Origin: Solirubrobacterales bacterium
GTDB lineage: Bacteria; Actinomycetota; Thermoleophilia; Solirubrobacterales; 70-9
Reading direction: 5' to 3'
NCBI GenBank assembly: GCA_041393495.1
Contig: JAWKKA010000003.1
Location: forward strand, 99,448 to 163,447
Length of the DNA: 64,000 nucleotides
Every line of letters starts with the position of its first letter. Positions within the stretch are counted from its first letter, which is position 1. The notes under the pieces are model-generated. The model searched no databases and had not been told where the DNA came from. It saw only the letters and a program-made list of their open reading frames with translations. Positions 27,353 through 35,923 of this stretch are shown piece by piece. A program made the translations under genes and the position numbers.

Positions 27353-30304
27353 ATGTCGACATTCAGCGATCTCATCACCTCCCCGGCGAGCCGGCTGGCC
27401 GACGTCGCCCAGAACGCGCTCGAGGTCGCGCGGTTCGGCGGCTTCGAGACCGGCGAAGAGCCCTCGCCCTACGAGGTCGTCGCAACCGGGCCCGTCTACC
27501 GGCTGCGCCGCTACTTCCCGCCCGGGCCGGGCGCCGCGGCCGGGCGGCCGGCGATCCTGCTGGTGCCGCCGATGATGCTCGCGGCAGACGTCTACGACGT
27601 CGCGCCCTCGACGAGCGCGGTCGGCATCCTCGCCGCCGCCGGCGTCGATCCCTGGGTGGTCGACTTCGGGGCGCCCGAGCACGAGGCGGGCGGGCTCGAG
27701 CGCTCGCTCAACGACCACGTGCTGGCGATCGACGAGGCGGTCGACCGGGTTCGCGAGGCGACCGGGCACGATGCGATCCACATCGGTGGCTACTCGCAGG
27801 GCGGGATGTTCTGCTACCAGGTGGCGGCCTACCGGCGCTCGGCGGGGATCGACTCGATCGTCGCCTTCGGCAGCCCGGTCGACACGCGCGGCACGCTCAG
27901 CTTCGGACTTCCCGATCAGGCGGCGCTCGCCGCCGCCTCGTTCCTCGCCGAGCACGTCTTCGCCACCTCCGGCGTGCCCGCCTGGATGAGCCGCACGGTC
28001 TTCCGGCTGCTCGATCCCGCGAAGACGGCCCGGCAGCGGCTCGACTTCCTGCGCCAGCTCCACGACCGCGAGGCGCTGCTGCCCCGTGAGCGCCAGCGCC
28101 GATTCCTCGAGGCCGAGGGGTGGGTCGCCTGGCCGGGACCGGCCCTCGCCGACGTGATCCGCCAGTTCGGGGTCCACAACCGGCTCGTCTCGGGCGGCTT
28201 CACGATCGAGGACCGGCTGGTGACGCTGGCCGACATGACCAACCCGGTGCTCGCCTTCGTCGGCACCAACGACGAGATCGCGCCGGCGCGGTCGGTCCGC
28301 GCCGCGCGCTGGGCCGCGCCGCGCGCCGACATCTTCGAAGCCGCGCTGCCCGTCGGCCACTTCGGCCTCGTCGTCGGCTCGGTCGCGGTCGAGCGGACCT
28401 GGCCGACGGTCGCGGCCTGGCTGCACTGGCGAGCCGGCGACGGCGAGCTGCCGGAGGGGATCGAGCGGATCGACGAGCCCGCTGCGCAGCCGGACGATCA
28501 CGGCGGCCCCCGGCTCGCCGGCGCCGAGCTGGCGCTCGGAGCCGGCATCGGCACCGTCCAGGCCCTCGCCGGCGCCGTCGCCGGGGCGACCCGGACCCTG
28601 CGCGAGATCGTCGGCGAGCGCGGTCCGCTCGACCAGCTCAACCGGCTCGGCCGGGTCAATCCCCAGACCCGGATCTCGTTCGGCCTGCTGCTCGACGAGC
28701 GCGCCGCCGAGGAGCCGGACGACATCGTCCTGCTCTTCGAGGACCGCGGCCACAGCTACGCCGCGGTCAAGCGCCGGGTCGACAACGTCGTTCGCGGCCT
28801 GCTCGAGATCGGCGTTCGCCAGGGCGAGCACGTCGGCGTGCTGATGCAGACCCGTCCGAGCGCCCTGACGATCGTCGCCGCCCTGAATCGGCTCGGCGCG
28901 GTCGCGGTGCTGATGCGCCCCGACGGCGATGCCGCCCGTGAGGCGGAGCTCGGTCGCGTCCGCCGGATCGTCTCCGACCCGCCGAACGGCGAGGCGGCCG
29001 CGGCGGCGACCGGCTTGCAGGTCTACGTGCTCGGCGGCGGTGGCGAGGAGCGCGAGCTGCCGCGCGGGCTGATCGACATGGAGCGAATCGATCCCGACGC
29101 GGTCGAGGTGCCCGCCTGGTACGAGCCGAACCCGGGCCGGGCCGGCGATATCGCTTTCATCCTCTTCGCCGGCAGCGGCGCGCGGACGCTCACGAACCGG
29201 ATCACGAACGGGCGCTGGGCGCTCTCGGCCTTCGGGACCGCCTCCTCGGCGTCGCTGACCCGCAGCGACACCGTCTACAGCGCCAGCCCCGTCTATCACC
29301 CCTCGGCGCTCTTGATGAGCGTCGGCGGCGCGGTTGCGAGCGGCGCCCGGCTCGCGGTCGGGTCGCGGTTCGAGCCGGCGATCTTCTGGGACGAGGTGCG
29401 CCGCTACGGAACGACGATCGTCTCCTACACCTGGGCGATGATGGAGGAGATCGCCGCGGCGCCGCCGAACCCCGGCGAGCGCCATCACCCGGTCCGCCTG
29501 TTCATGGGGTCGGGGATGCCGCGCGGTCTGTGGAAGCGGCTCAGCGAGCGCTTCGCGCCCGCCCGCGTGCTCGAGTTCTACGCCTCGACCGAGGGCGATG
29601 CCGTGATCGTCAACGTCAGCGGCAACAAGGCCGGCTGCAAGGGTCGACCGCTGCCCGGTAGCGCCGAGGTTCGGGTCGCCGCCTACGACCCGCTCGACCG
29701 CGGCCTGATCCTCGGCGACAACGGGTTCGCGATCGAGTGCGCGCGCAACGACCCGGGGATGCTGCTCGCCCGCGTTCGCTTCGACGCGATCGGGATGAGC
29801 GAGGGGATCCTCCGCGGCGTCTTCGAGCCCGGCGACGCCTGGCTCGAGACGGGCGACATCTTCGTCGTCGACAGCGACGGTGACTTCTGGCTGGTCGACC
29901 ACGTGCCGTCGATCATCCGTGCCTCCTCGGGGGCTGTCTTCTCGGGGCCGATCCGGGACGCGCTCGGCGACGTCCCGGCGGTCGCGCTCGCCGTCGCCTA
30001 CGGCGTCGCGCGCGCCGACGGCACCGAGGTCCCGTGCGCCGCGGTCACCCTCCGCGAGGGCCACGACCTCGACATCCACGAGGTCGAGGCGGCGCTCGCC
30101 GACCTCGGCGACGCCGGGATCCCCTCGGTCCTCCGGATCGTCGAGCGGATCCCGCTGACTACCTGGTACCGGCCGATCACCGGGCCGCTCGTGGCTGAGG
30201 GCCTGCCGATGCCGACGAGCCCGCCAACCGCCTGGTACTGGGACCCGCGCAAGGGCGGCTACCGACGGATGAGCAAGGCCGGCCGCGAGCGGCTGCTGCG
30301 CTGA
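27353..30304 (+). CDS. Bifunctional alpha/beta-hydrolase (PHA-synthase/lipase-like) plus acyl-CoA synthetase fusion, Rv1683-like
   Basis: The N-terminal roughly 400 aa carry GGYSQGG and a PhaC-like layout. The C-terminal roughly 550 aa form an AMP-binding fold (IAFILFAGSG, YASTEG, ETGD). Confidence 0.75.
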   Translation: MSTFSDLITSPASRLADVAQNALEVARFGGFETGEEPSPYEVVATGPVYRLRRYFPPGPGAAAGRPAILLVPPMMLAADVYDVAPSTSAVGILAAAGVDPWVVDFGAPEHEAGGLERSLNDHVLAIDEAVDRVREATGHDAIHIGGYSQGGMFCYQVAAYRRSAGIDSIVAFGSPVDTRGTLSFGLPDQAALAAASFLAEHVFATSGVPAWMSRTVFRLLDPAKTARQRLDFLRQLHDREALLPRERQRRFLEAEGWVAWPGPALADVIRQFGVHNRLVSGGFTIEDRLVTLADMTNPVLAFVGTNDEIAPARSVRAARWAAPRADIFEAALPVGHFGLVVGSVAVERTWPTVAAWLHWRAGDGELPEGIERIDEPAAQPDDHGGPRLAGAELALGAGIGTVQALAGAVAGATRTLREIVGERGPLDQLNRLGRVNPQTRISFGLLLDERAAEEPDDIVLLFEDRGHSYAAVKRRVDNVVRGLLEIGVRQGEHVGVLMQTRPSALTIVAALNRLGAVAVLMRPDGDAAREAELGRVRRIVSDPPNGEAAAAATGLQVYVLGGGGEERELPRGLIDMERIDPDAVEVPAWYEPNPGRAGDIAFILFAGSGARTLTNRITNGRWALSAFGTASSASLTRSDTVYSASPVYHPSALLMSVGGAVASGARLAVGSRFEPAIFWDEVRRYGTTIVSYTWAMMEEIAAAPPNPGERHHPVRLFMGSGMPRGLWKRLSERFAPARVLEFYASTEGDAVIVNVSGNKAGCKGRPLPGSAEVRVAAYDPLDRGLILGDNGFAIECARNDPGMLLARVRFDAIGMSEGILRGVFEPGDAWLETGDIFVVDSDGDFWLVDHVPSIIRASSGAVFSGPIRDALGDVPAVALAVAYGVARADGTEVPCAAVTLREGHDLDIHEVEAALADLGDAGIPSVLRIVERIPLTTWYRPITGPLVAEGLPMPTSPPTAWYWDPRKGGYRRMSKAGRERLLR

Positions 30305-30516
30305 CCGTCCAGGGGACGCTCCGGCCGGCCGCCGCGCTCGGCGCGCAGCCGGCGCCACGCCGCCGGGGTGCCCGCCGCCGGCATATCGGCGCCAGGCGCC
30401 CCAGCGCCGGCGACGGCGTGAGCCCGGGGGGCGGCGGGACGCCGGCCGCGGCGCGAGCCCGGCGACGGCGTCAGCCCGGGGGCGCACCCGGGTCCTCCTT
30501 CCCTACCCTCCGTGCC

Positions 30517-31005
30517 ATGCGGATCCTGTTCGTCTGCCTCGGCAACATCTGCCGCTCGCCGACGGCCGAGGGCGTGTTGCGGCACCGGCTCGCCGAGGCC
30601 GGCCTCGATGGCGAGGTCGAGGTCGACAGCGCCGGCACCGGCGACTGGCACGTCGGCAACCCCCCGGACCGGCGCGCGGCCGCGGCAGCCGCGGGGCGCG
30701 GGATCACGCTCGCCGGCAGCGCCCGGCAGATCGAGGCATTCCACTTCGATGATTTCGACCTGATCGTCGCGATGGACCACCAGAACCTCGCCGATCTGCG
30801 CCTGATCGCGCCGCACGCCGCGGCGGAAGGGAAGCTGCGCCTGCTCCGCGAGTTCGACCCGCTCGCGGTCGCGTCCGGCGAGCTCGAGGTTCCCGACCCC
30901 TACTTCGGCGGGGCCAACGGCTTCGAGGAGGTCCTCGACATCGTCGAGCGCGCCTGCGCCGGGCTGATCGCCGAGATCCGCTCCGCGCCGGCGGCCGGCG
31001 GGTGA
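30517..31005 (+). CDS. Low-molecular-weight protein-tyrosine phosphatase
   Basis: P-loop VCLGNICRSP (C-x5-R-S) and the DPY loop VPDPYFG. Confidence 0.85.
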   Translation: MRILFVCLGNICRSPTAEGVLRHRLAEAGLDGEVEVDSAGTGDWHVGNPPDRRAAAAAAGRGITLAGSARQIEAFHFDDFDLIVAMDHQNLADLRLIAPHAAAEGKLRLLREFDPLAVASGELEVPDPYFGGANGFEEVLDIVERACAGLIAEIRSAPAAGG

Positions 31006-31024
31006 GCGCCGGGAGACGACGTTC

Positions 31025-31918
31025 TTGAGCGGGGAGGCGACGATCGCGGCGGCCGGCCGCGCCGTCGGCGCCCCGATCGAGCGGGCGCGGCGGGTCGTCG
31101 GCGGCGACATCAACGAGGCCTGGCAGCTCGTCTTCGCGGACGGGTCCGAGGCGTTTCTGAAGAGTCGCCCCGACGCCCGCCCCGGCGAGTACGAGCTCGA
31201 GGCCGCCGGGCTCGCGTGGCTGGGCGAGCCCGGCGGCGGGCTGGCGGTCCCGGAGGTGCTGGCGGTCGTCGACGAGCATGATGTCCGCGGGCTCGTCCTC
31301 GGCTGGGTCGATGAAGGCCGACTCGACGACGGCGGGGAGGAGCTGCTCGGCTCCGGCCTCGCGCGGATCCACGCCGCCGGCGCTCCCCGCTTCGGGGCGC
31401 TGCCGCCGGGGGCGCCGGATGTGCCGCTGCGCTTCGGCGGCGTCGAGCTCCCGGCCGCCCCCCTCCCCGACGGGGCCCCGTGGGCGGACCACTACGCGAC
31501 GCGGATCGACGCGCTCAGCGCCGCGGCTGGCCGGCTCGGGCGGATCGATGATTCGGCCGCCGCAGCCGTCGCTGCGGTCGTCGAGCGGATGGCGTCGCTC
31601 GCCGGCCCTGAGGAGCCGCCGGCCCGCGTCCACGGCGACCTCTGGAGCGGCAACGTCCTCGCCGCAGCCGACGGGCGGCCGTGGCTGATCGATCCCGCCG
31701 CTCACGGCGCTCACCGCGAGATCGACCTGGCGATGCTGCGCCTGTTCGGGACCGTCTCGGCCCGCACGCTCGCCGCCTACGAGGAGGTCAGGCCGCTCGC
31801 TCCCGGCCACGAGGAGCGGATCCGGCTCTGGCAGCTCCAGCCGCTGCTCGTCCACGCGATCCTGTTCGGGGGCGGCTACGGCGCCGCCGCCGGCCGCGCC
31901 GCCGCCCTTTACGCCTGA
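31025..31918 (+). CDS. Fructosamine/ketosamine-3-kinase family protein
   Basis: GGDINEAWQL near the N-terminus, HGDLWSGNV catalytic loop, IDPAAHGAHREIDLAM. TTG start. Confidence 0.8.
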   Translation: MSGEATIAAAGRAVGAPIERARRVVGGDINEAWQLVFADGSEAFLKSRPDARPGEYELEAAGLAWLGEPGGGLAVPEVLAVVDEHDVRGLVLGWVDEGRLDDGGEELLGSGLARIHAAGAPRFGALPPGAPDVPLRFGGVELPAAPLPDGAPWADHYATRIDALSAAAGRLGRIDDSAAAAVAAVVERMASLAGPEEPPARVHGDLWSGNVLAAADGRPWLIDPAAHGAHREIDLAMLRLFGTVSARTLAAYEEVRPLAPGHEERIRLWQLQPLLVHAILFGGGYGAAAGRAAALYA

Positions 31919-31942
31919 GCCGGGTGGAGCTACCGTCCCCCC

Positions 31943-32704
31943 GTGACGCGGGAGGAGCTGCGACGGAGGGTGCTCGAGGGCCTCGAGGTCGAGGTGGCCC
32001 TGTTCGGAGGCTGCTCCGAGGAGACGTCGGTGATCCGGGCGCCGGGGGTCGTCGCGTCGGTCTCGCCGCCGACGCCCGATCGCTCGATCTTCAACTCGGT
32101 CGTGGCCAGCGGCGCCGAGGCGCTCGCGCGGGCGGCCGACGCGCTCGCCGCCGCCTATGCGAGTGCCGGCGTCCGTGCCTGGACCGTCTGGGTGCCCGAC
32201 GACGACCGCCGTAGCGCCGAGCTGCTCGCAGGGCGCGGCCACGTCCTCGACGGCGCGCCGCGGTCGATGGCGCTGGAGTTGACCGATCTGCGTCCGATCG
32301 CGCCACCCGATGGCGTCGGTCTCGCCGCCGGCGACATGCCGACGATCGGCGCGATCAACGACCGCGCCTACGGGATCGATGGACCGGGCTGGGCGAGCAC
32401 GATGAGCCGACAGCCCGACCTGCCGATCGATTCCGCCGTCGCCATCGCCGGCGGCGAGGCGGTCGCCTGCGCCGCCGTCCTCGACCGCGACGACGACGCC
32501 TGCGTGACCGCCGTCGCGACGCTGCCCGGGCACCGCGGCCGGGGCATCGCCGGCGCGCTGATCAGCAGCCTGCTCGCGAGCGCGGGCGAGCGCGGCGTCG
32601 CCACGGCCAGCCTCCAGGCGAGCGGCGCGGGAGCTCCCCTCTACGAGCGGCTCGGGTTCATCGACGTCGGCTTCATCGAGCTCTGGGAGCGGCGCGAGGG
32701 CTGA
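31943..32704 (+). CDS. GNAT-family N-acetyltransferase
   Basis: Acetyl-CoA motif A VATLPGHRGRGIAGALI...YERLGF. Confidence 0.7.
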   Translation: MTREELRRRVLEGLEVEVALFGGCSEETSVIRAPGVVASVSPPTPDRSIFNSVVASGAEALARAADALAAAYASAGVRAWTVWVPDDDRRSAELLAGRGHVLDGAPRSMALELTDLRPIAPPDGVGLAAGDMPTIGAINDRAYGIDGPGWASTMSRQPDLPIDSAVAIAGGEAVACAAVLDRDDDACVTAVATLPGHRGRGIAGALISSLLASAGERGVATASLQASGAGAPLYERLGFIDVGFIELWERREG

Positions 32705-32720
32705 TGGCAGACTCCCGGTC

Positions 32721-33710
32721 GTGGATCTGAACCGACTTGACCAGCTCCTCGACGAACGCGACGAGCCCTCGTTCCGTGCCACCCAGGTGTGGGAGTGGCT
32801 CGCCGGCGGCGCCCGCTCCTACGCCGAGATGACGAACCTGCCACGGGCTCTGCGCGAGGGCCTCGAGGCGGAGCTGCCGATCTCGACCCTCGACGTCGTC
32901 CGCGAGGTCCGCTCGGTCGACGGCACCCGCAAGGCGCTCTTCGAGACGGCCGACGGACGGCCGATCGAGGCGGTGCTGATGAGCTACCGCGACGGGCGTC
33001 GCTCGCTCTGCCTGTCGAGCCAGTCCGGTTGTCCGCTGACCTGCAGCTTCTGCGCCACCGGTCGGATGGCCTTCGGCCGCAACCTGACCGCCGCGGAGAT
33101 CCTCGACCAGGCGCTCCACTTCCGGCGCCGCGGCGCGGTCAACCACGCGGTGTTCATGGGGATGGGCGAGCCGCTGATGAACCTCGACGCGGTCCTCGCC
33201 GCCTGCGAGCGCCTCCCGTCGATCGGCATCTCGACCGCGCACACGACGATCTCGACGGTCGGCTGGGTGCCCGGGATCGAGCGGCTCGCGACCGAGGGGC
33301 CGCGGGTGCGGCTGGCGCTCTCGCTGCATGCCGCGGAGGGCGACGTTCGCAGCGCCCTGATGCCGGTCAACGACCGCTATCCGATCCCCGAGGTGATCGA
33401 GGCCTGCCGGCGCTGGCGCGCGGCCCGCAACCGCCGCGTCTTCATCGAATACCTGATGCTCGCCGGCGTCAACGACGACCCCGAGCAGGCGGTCGTCCTC
33501 AGCGAGGTCCTCGAGCCCCACGACGCCTTCAAGGTCAACCTGATCCCGTTCAACCCGACGCCGGGCGAGCTCACCGGCTCATCGGCGGATGCGATCGACG
33601 CCTTCCGCGCAGCCCTGATCGCCCGTGGCATTCCGGCGACGGTGCGGCTCACCCGCGGGCGCGACATCGCCGCCGCCTGCGGCCAGCTCGCCGCTCAGCG
33701 CGCCGCCTGA
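32721..33710 (+). CDS. rlmN: 23S rRNA/tRNA (adenine-C2)-methyltransferase, radical SAM
   Basis: FRATQVWEW N-terminus, CxxxCxxC cluster SQSGCPLTCSFCATG, GMGEPL, NLIPFNP. Confidence 0.85.
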   Translation: MDLNRLDQLLDERDEPSFRATQVWEWLAGGARSYAEMTNLPRALREGLEAELPISTLDVVREVRSVDGTRKALFETADGRPIEAVLMSYRDGRRSLCLSSQSGCPLTCSFCATGRMAFGRNLTAAEILDQALHFRRRGAVNHAVFMGMGEPLMNLDAVLAACERLPSIGISTAHTTISTVGWVPGIERLATEGPRVRLALSLHAAEGDVRSALMPVNDRYPIPEVIEACRRWRAARNRRVFIEYLMLAGVNDDPEQAVVLSEVLEPHDAFKVNLIPFNPTPGELTGSSADAIDAFRAALIARGIPATVRLTRGRDIAAACGQLAAQRAA

Positions 33711-33713
33711 GCC

Positions 33714-33742
33714 GCCCGCTCACCCCCGGACGGGCAGCGGGC
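33714..33742. terminator. Hairpin between convergent rlmN and the PPIase gene
   Basis: GCCCGCT (33714-33720) pairs with AGCGGGC (33736-33742). It lies 4 nt after the rlmN stop. Confidence 0.35.
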
Positions 33743-33764
33743 CGGGCCCACCGTGCCCGCAGCC

Positions 33765-34220
33765 TCAGTCGAGCTCGATCCGCTCGATCACCTGTGGCTC
33801 GACCGGGCGGTCGCCGGGCCCGGTCTCGGTTCCCTCGATCGCGTCGACCGCCTCCATCCCGGCGACGACCCGGCCGAAGACGGTGTGCTTGCCGTCGAGC
33901 CAGGAGGCCGACTCGGTGGTGACGATGAAGAACTGCGAGCCGTTCGTGTTCGGACCGGCGTTGGCCATCGCGAGGGCGCCGCGAACGACCTTGTGGTCGT
34001 TGATCTCGTCCTCGAAGGTGTATCCGGGGCCGCCGGTGCCGGTGCCTTCGGGGCAGCCGCCCTGAATCATGAAGTCGGCGATCACCCGGTGGAAGACGAG
34101 GTCGTCGTAGAAGCCCTCGGAGGCGAGCGTACGGAAGTTCCCGACCGTCTTCGGCGCGTCGTCGTCGAAGAGCTCGAGCTGGATCGGACCTGCGTTGGTG
34201 TGCATGGTGGCGTTGGACAT
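33765..34220 (-). CDS. Peptidyl-prolyl cis-trans isomerase, cyclophilin type
   Basis: [43 protein letters not shown]. Confidence 0.9.
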   Translation of the reverse strand: MSNATMHTNAGPIQLELFDDDAPKTVGNFRTLASEGFYDDLVFHRVIADFMIQGGCPEGTGTGGPGYTFEDEINDHKVVRGALAMANAGPNTNGSQFFIVTTESASWLDGKHTVFGRVVAGMEAVDAIEGTETGPGDRPVEPQVIERIELD

Positions 34221-34297
34221 GGCGCGAACACTAGACGCTCGATGCGGGCTCCCACGCGTGGCCGACGGCGCCCGTCCGGCCCGCGACTTTCCCGCGT

Positions 34298-35875
34298 GTG
34301 CGATGTTGCAGCCTCACGGACGTGACCGCAGGGCAGAAAACCGCAGCGGGGGGCGGGCGGCGTACCGCCGCGATCGCCGCCTGCATGCTGGCGGCCGTCG
34401 TCCTGATCGCCGGGTCCGGGGATCGCGCCGGCGTCGCTGCGGGCGCGGCGAGCGCGACCGCGCCCCCCAACATCGTCGTGATCATGACCGACGATCAGGC
34501 CCGCTCGACGATGTCGGCGGAGGTGATGCCGAACCTCTACGCGAAGATCATCGCCGGCGGGACCTCGTTCAGCGACTACATCGTCACGACGCCGCTCTGC
34601 TGCCCGTCGCGGGCGGGCTTCATGACCGGGCAGTACGGCCACAACAACGGCGTCCTTCAAAACAGCTATCCGGACCTGAGGCACAAGCGTCAGGTCCTCG
34701 CCTCCTGGCTGCGGAGGAGCGGCTACCGGACCGCGCACGTCGGCAAGTTCCTGAACGGCTACGAGACGCAGGACAAGCCGCAGACCGTCGCCCCCGGCTG
34801 GGACCTCTGGTTCACCCAGCTCGAGAAGCGCAAGTACTACGACTGGAAGGCCTCCCTGAACGGCGACGTGGTCCGCTTCGGCGACGGCGACGCCGACAAC
34901 GTCACCGCCGTGACCTCCCGCTATGCGGCCAGGTGGGCGGCCAGGCTCGCGCGCCAGAAGGACCCGTTCTTCCTCCAGGTCGACTACTACGCGCCCCACA
35001 CCGCGCCCGGCCGCGATGCGTCATGCCCGTCATCGCCGAAGCCCGAGGCCGAGGACATGGGCCGGTTCGCGAACGTGCCGTTGCCGCAGCCGCCGAGCTT
35101 CAACCAGGACGATGTCAGCGAGATGCCCTCGTTCATCCGCAACCGGCCGCAGCTCTCGGCCGATGCGGTCGCGATGATCACCGAGCACTACCGTTGCTCG
35201 CTCGAGTCGCTGTACGGCGTCGATCGCGGCATCGGCGCGATCTGGGATGCGATCGGCGCCGCCGGCGAGAACCGCCGGACGGTCTATCTGTTCACCTCCG
35301 ACAACGGCTTCTTCTTCGGCGAGCACCGGATCCTCAAGGGCAAGCCGTACCCGTACGAGGAGAACATCCGGATGCCGCTGACGATCCGGGTCCCGCCGCG
35401 CTTCCGCGGCGGCGCGCCGCTGGTCGCGACCTCCGGCGCGCCGGCGGCCAACATCGACGTCGCGCCGACCCTGCTCGAGCTCGCCGGCGCCGCGCCGTGC
35501 CTGGGCCGGGCCAGGTGCAGGACGCTGGACGGACGCTCGCTGATGCCGGTGATCGACGGCAGCGGCGGCTTTCCGGCCACGCGCGGGATCGCGCTCGAGC
35601 GTTACAGCTGCGACTTCCGCGGCGTCCGCTGGGACCGCAAGGTCCTCGTCCAGTACTCGGCGGCGAACACCTCGGGGTGCGTCCCCGGCGAGGCGGAGAT
35701 GTATGACGTGGGCGTCGATCCCTTCCAGCTCCACGACCTGCTGCCGACGAGCGAGGGCACCCCGACCGACGAGCTGCGGCGCAAGCTCGCGCGGAAGACG
35801 CGTCGGCTCGGCAGCTGCGTCGGCATCCGCGGCCGCGACCCCAAGCCGCCGCCCGGCGTCCACTTCTGCGAGTAG
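34298..35875 (+). CDS. Secreted sulfatase (formylglycine-dependent, arylsulfatase/GlcNAc-6-sulfatase-like)
   Basis: [11 protein letters not shown] and the C-x-P-x-R maturation motif [12 protein letters not shown], plus GKF..G and a signal-like N-terminus. Start uncertain (GTG 34298 or 34322). Confidence 0.8.
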   Translation: MRCCSLTDVTAGQKTAAGGGRRTAAIAACMLAAVVLIAGSGDRAGVAAGAASATAPPNIVVIMTDDQARSTMSAEVMPNLYAKIIAGGTSFSDYIVTTPLCCPSRAGFMTGQYGHNNGVLQNSYPDLRHKRQVLASWLRRSGYRTAHVGKFLNGYETQDKPQTVAPGWDLWFTQLEKRKYYDWKASLNGDVVRFGDGDADNVTAVTSRYAARWAARLARQKDPFFLQVDYYAPHTAPGRDASCPSSPKPEAEDMGRFANVPLPQPPSFNQDDVSEMPSFIRNRPQLSADAVAMITEHYRCSLESLYGVDRGIGAIWDAIGAAGENRRTVYLFTSDNGFFFGEHRILKGKPYPYEENIRMPLTIRVPPRFRGGAPLVATSGAPAANIDVAPTLLELAGAAPCLGRARCRTLDGRSLMPVIDGSGGFPATRGIALERYSCDFRGVRWDRKVLVQYSAANTSGCVPGEAEMYDVGVDPFQLHDLLPTSEGTPTDELRRKLARKTRRLGSCVGIRGRDPKPPPGVHFCE

Positions 35876-35923
35876 CGCCGCACCGGCGCCCGTCCTGCCG
35901 TCGCGGGGTACGCTGGGCGTCCC

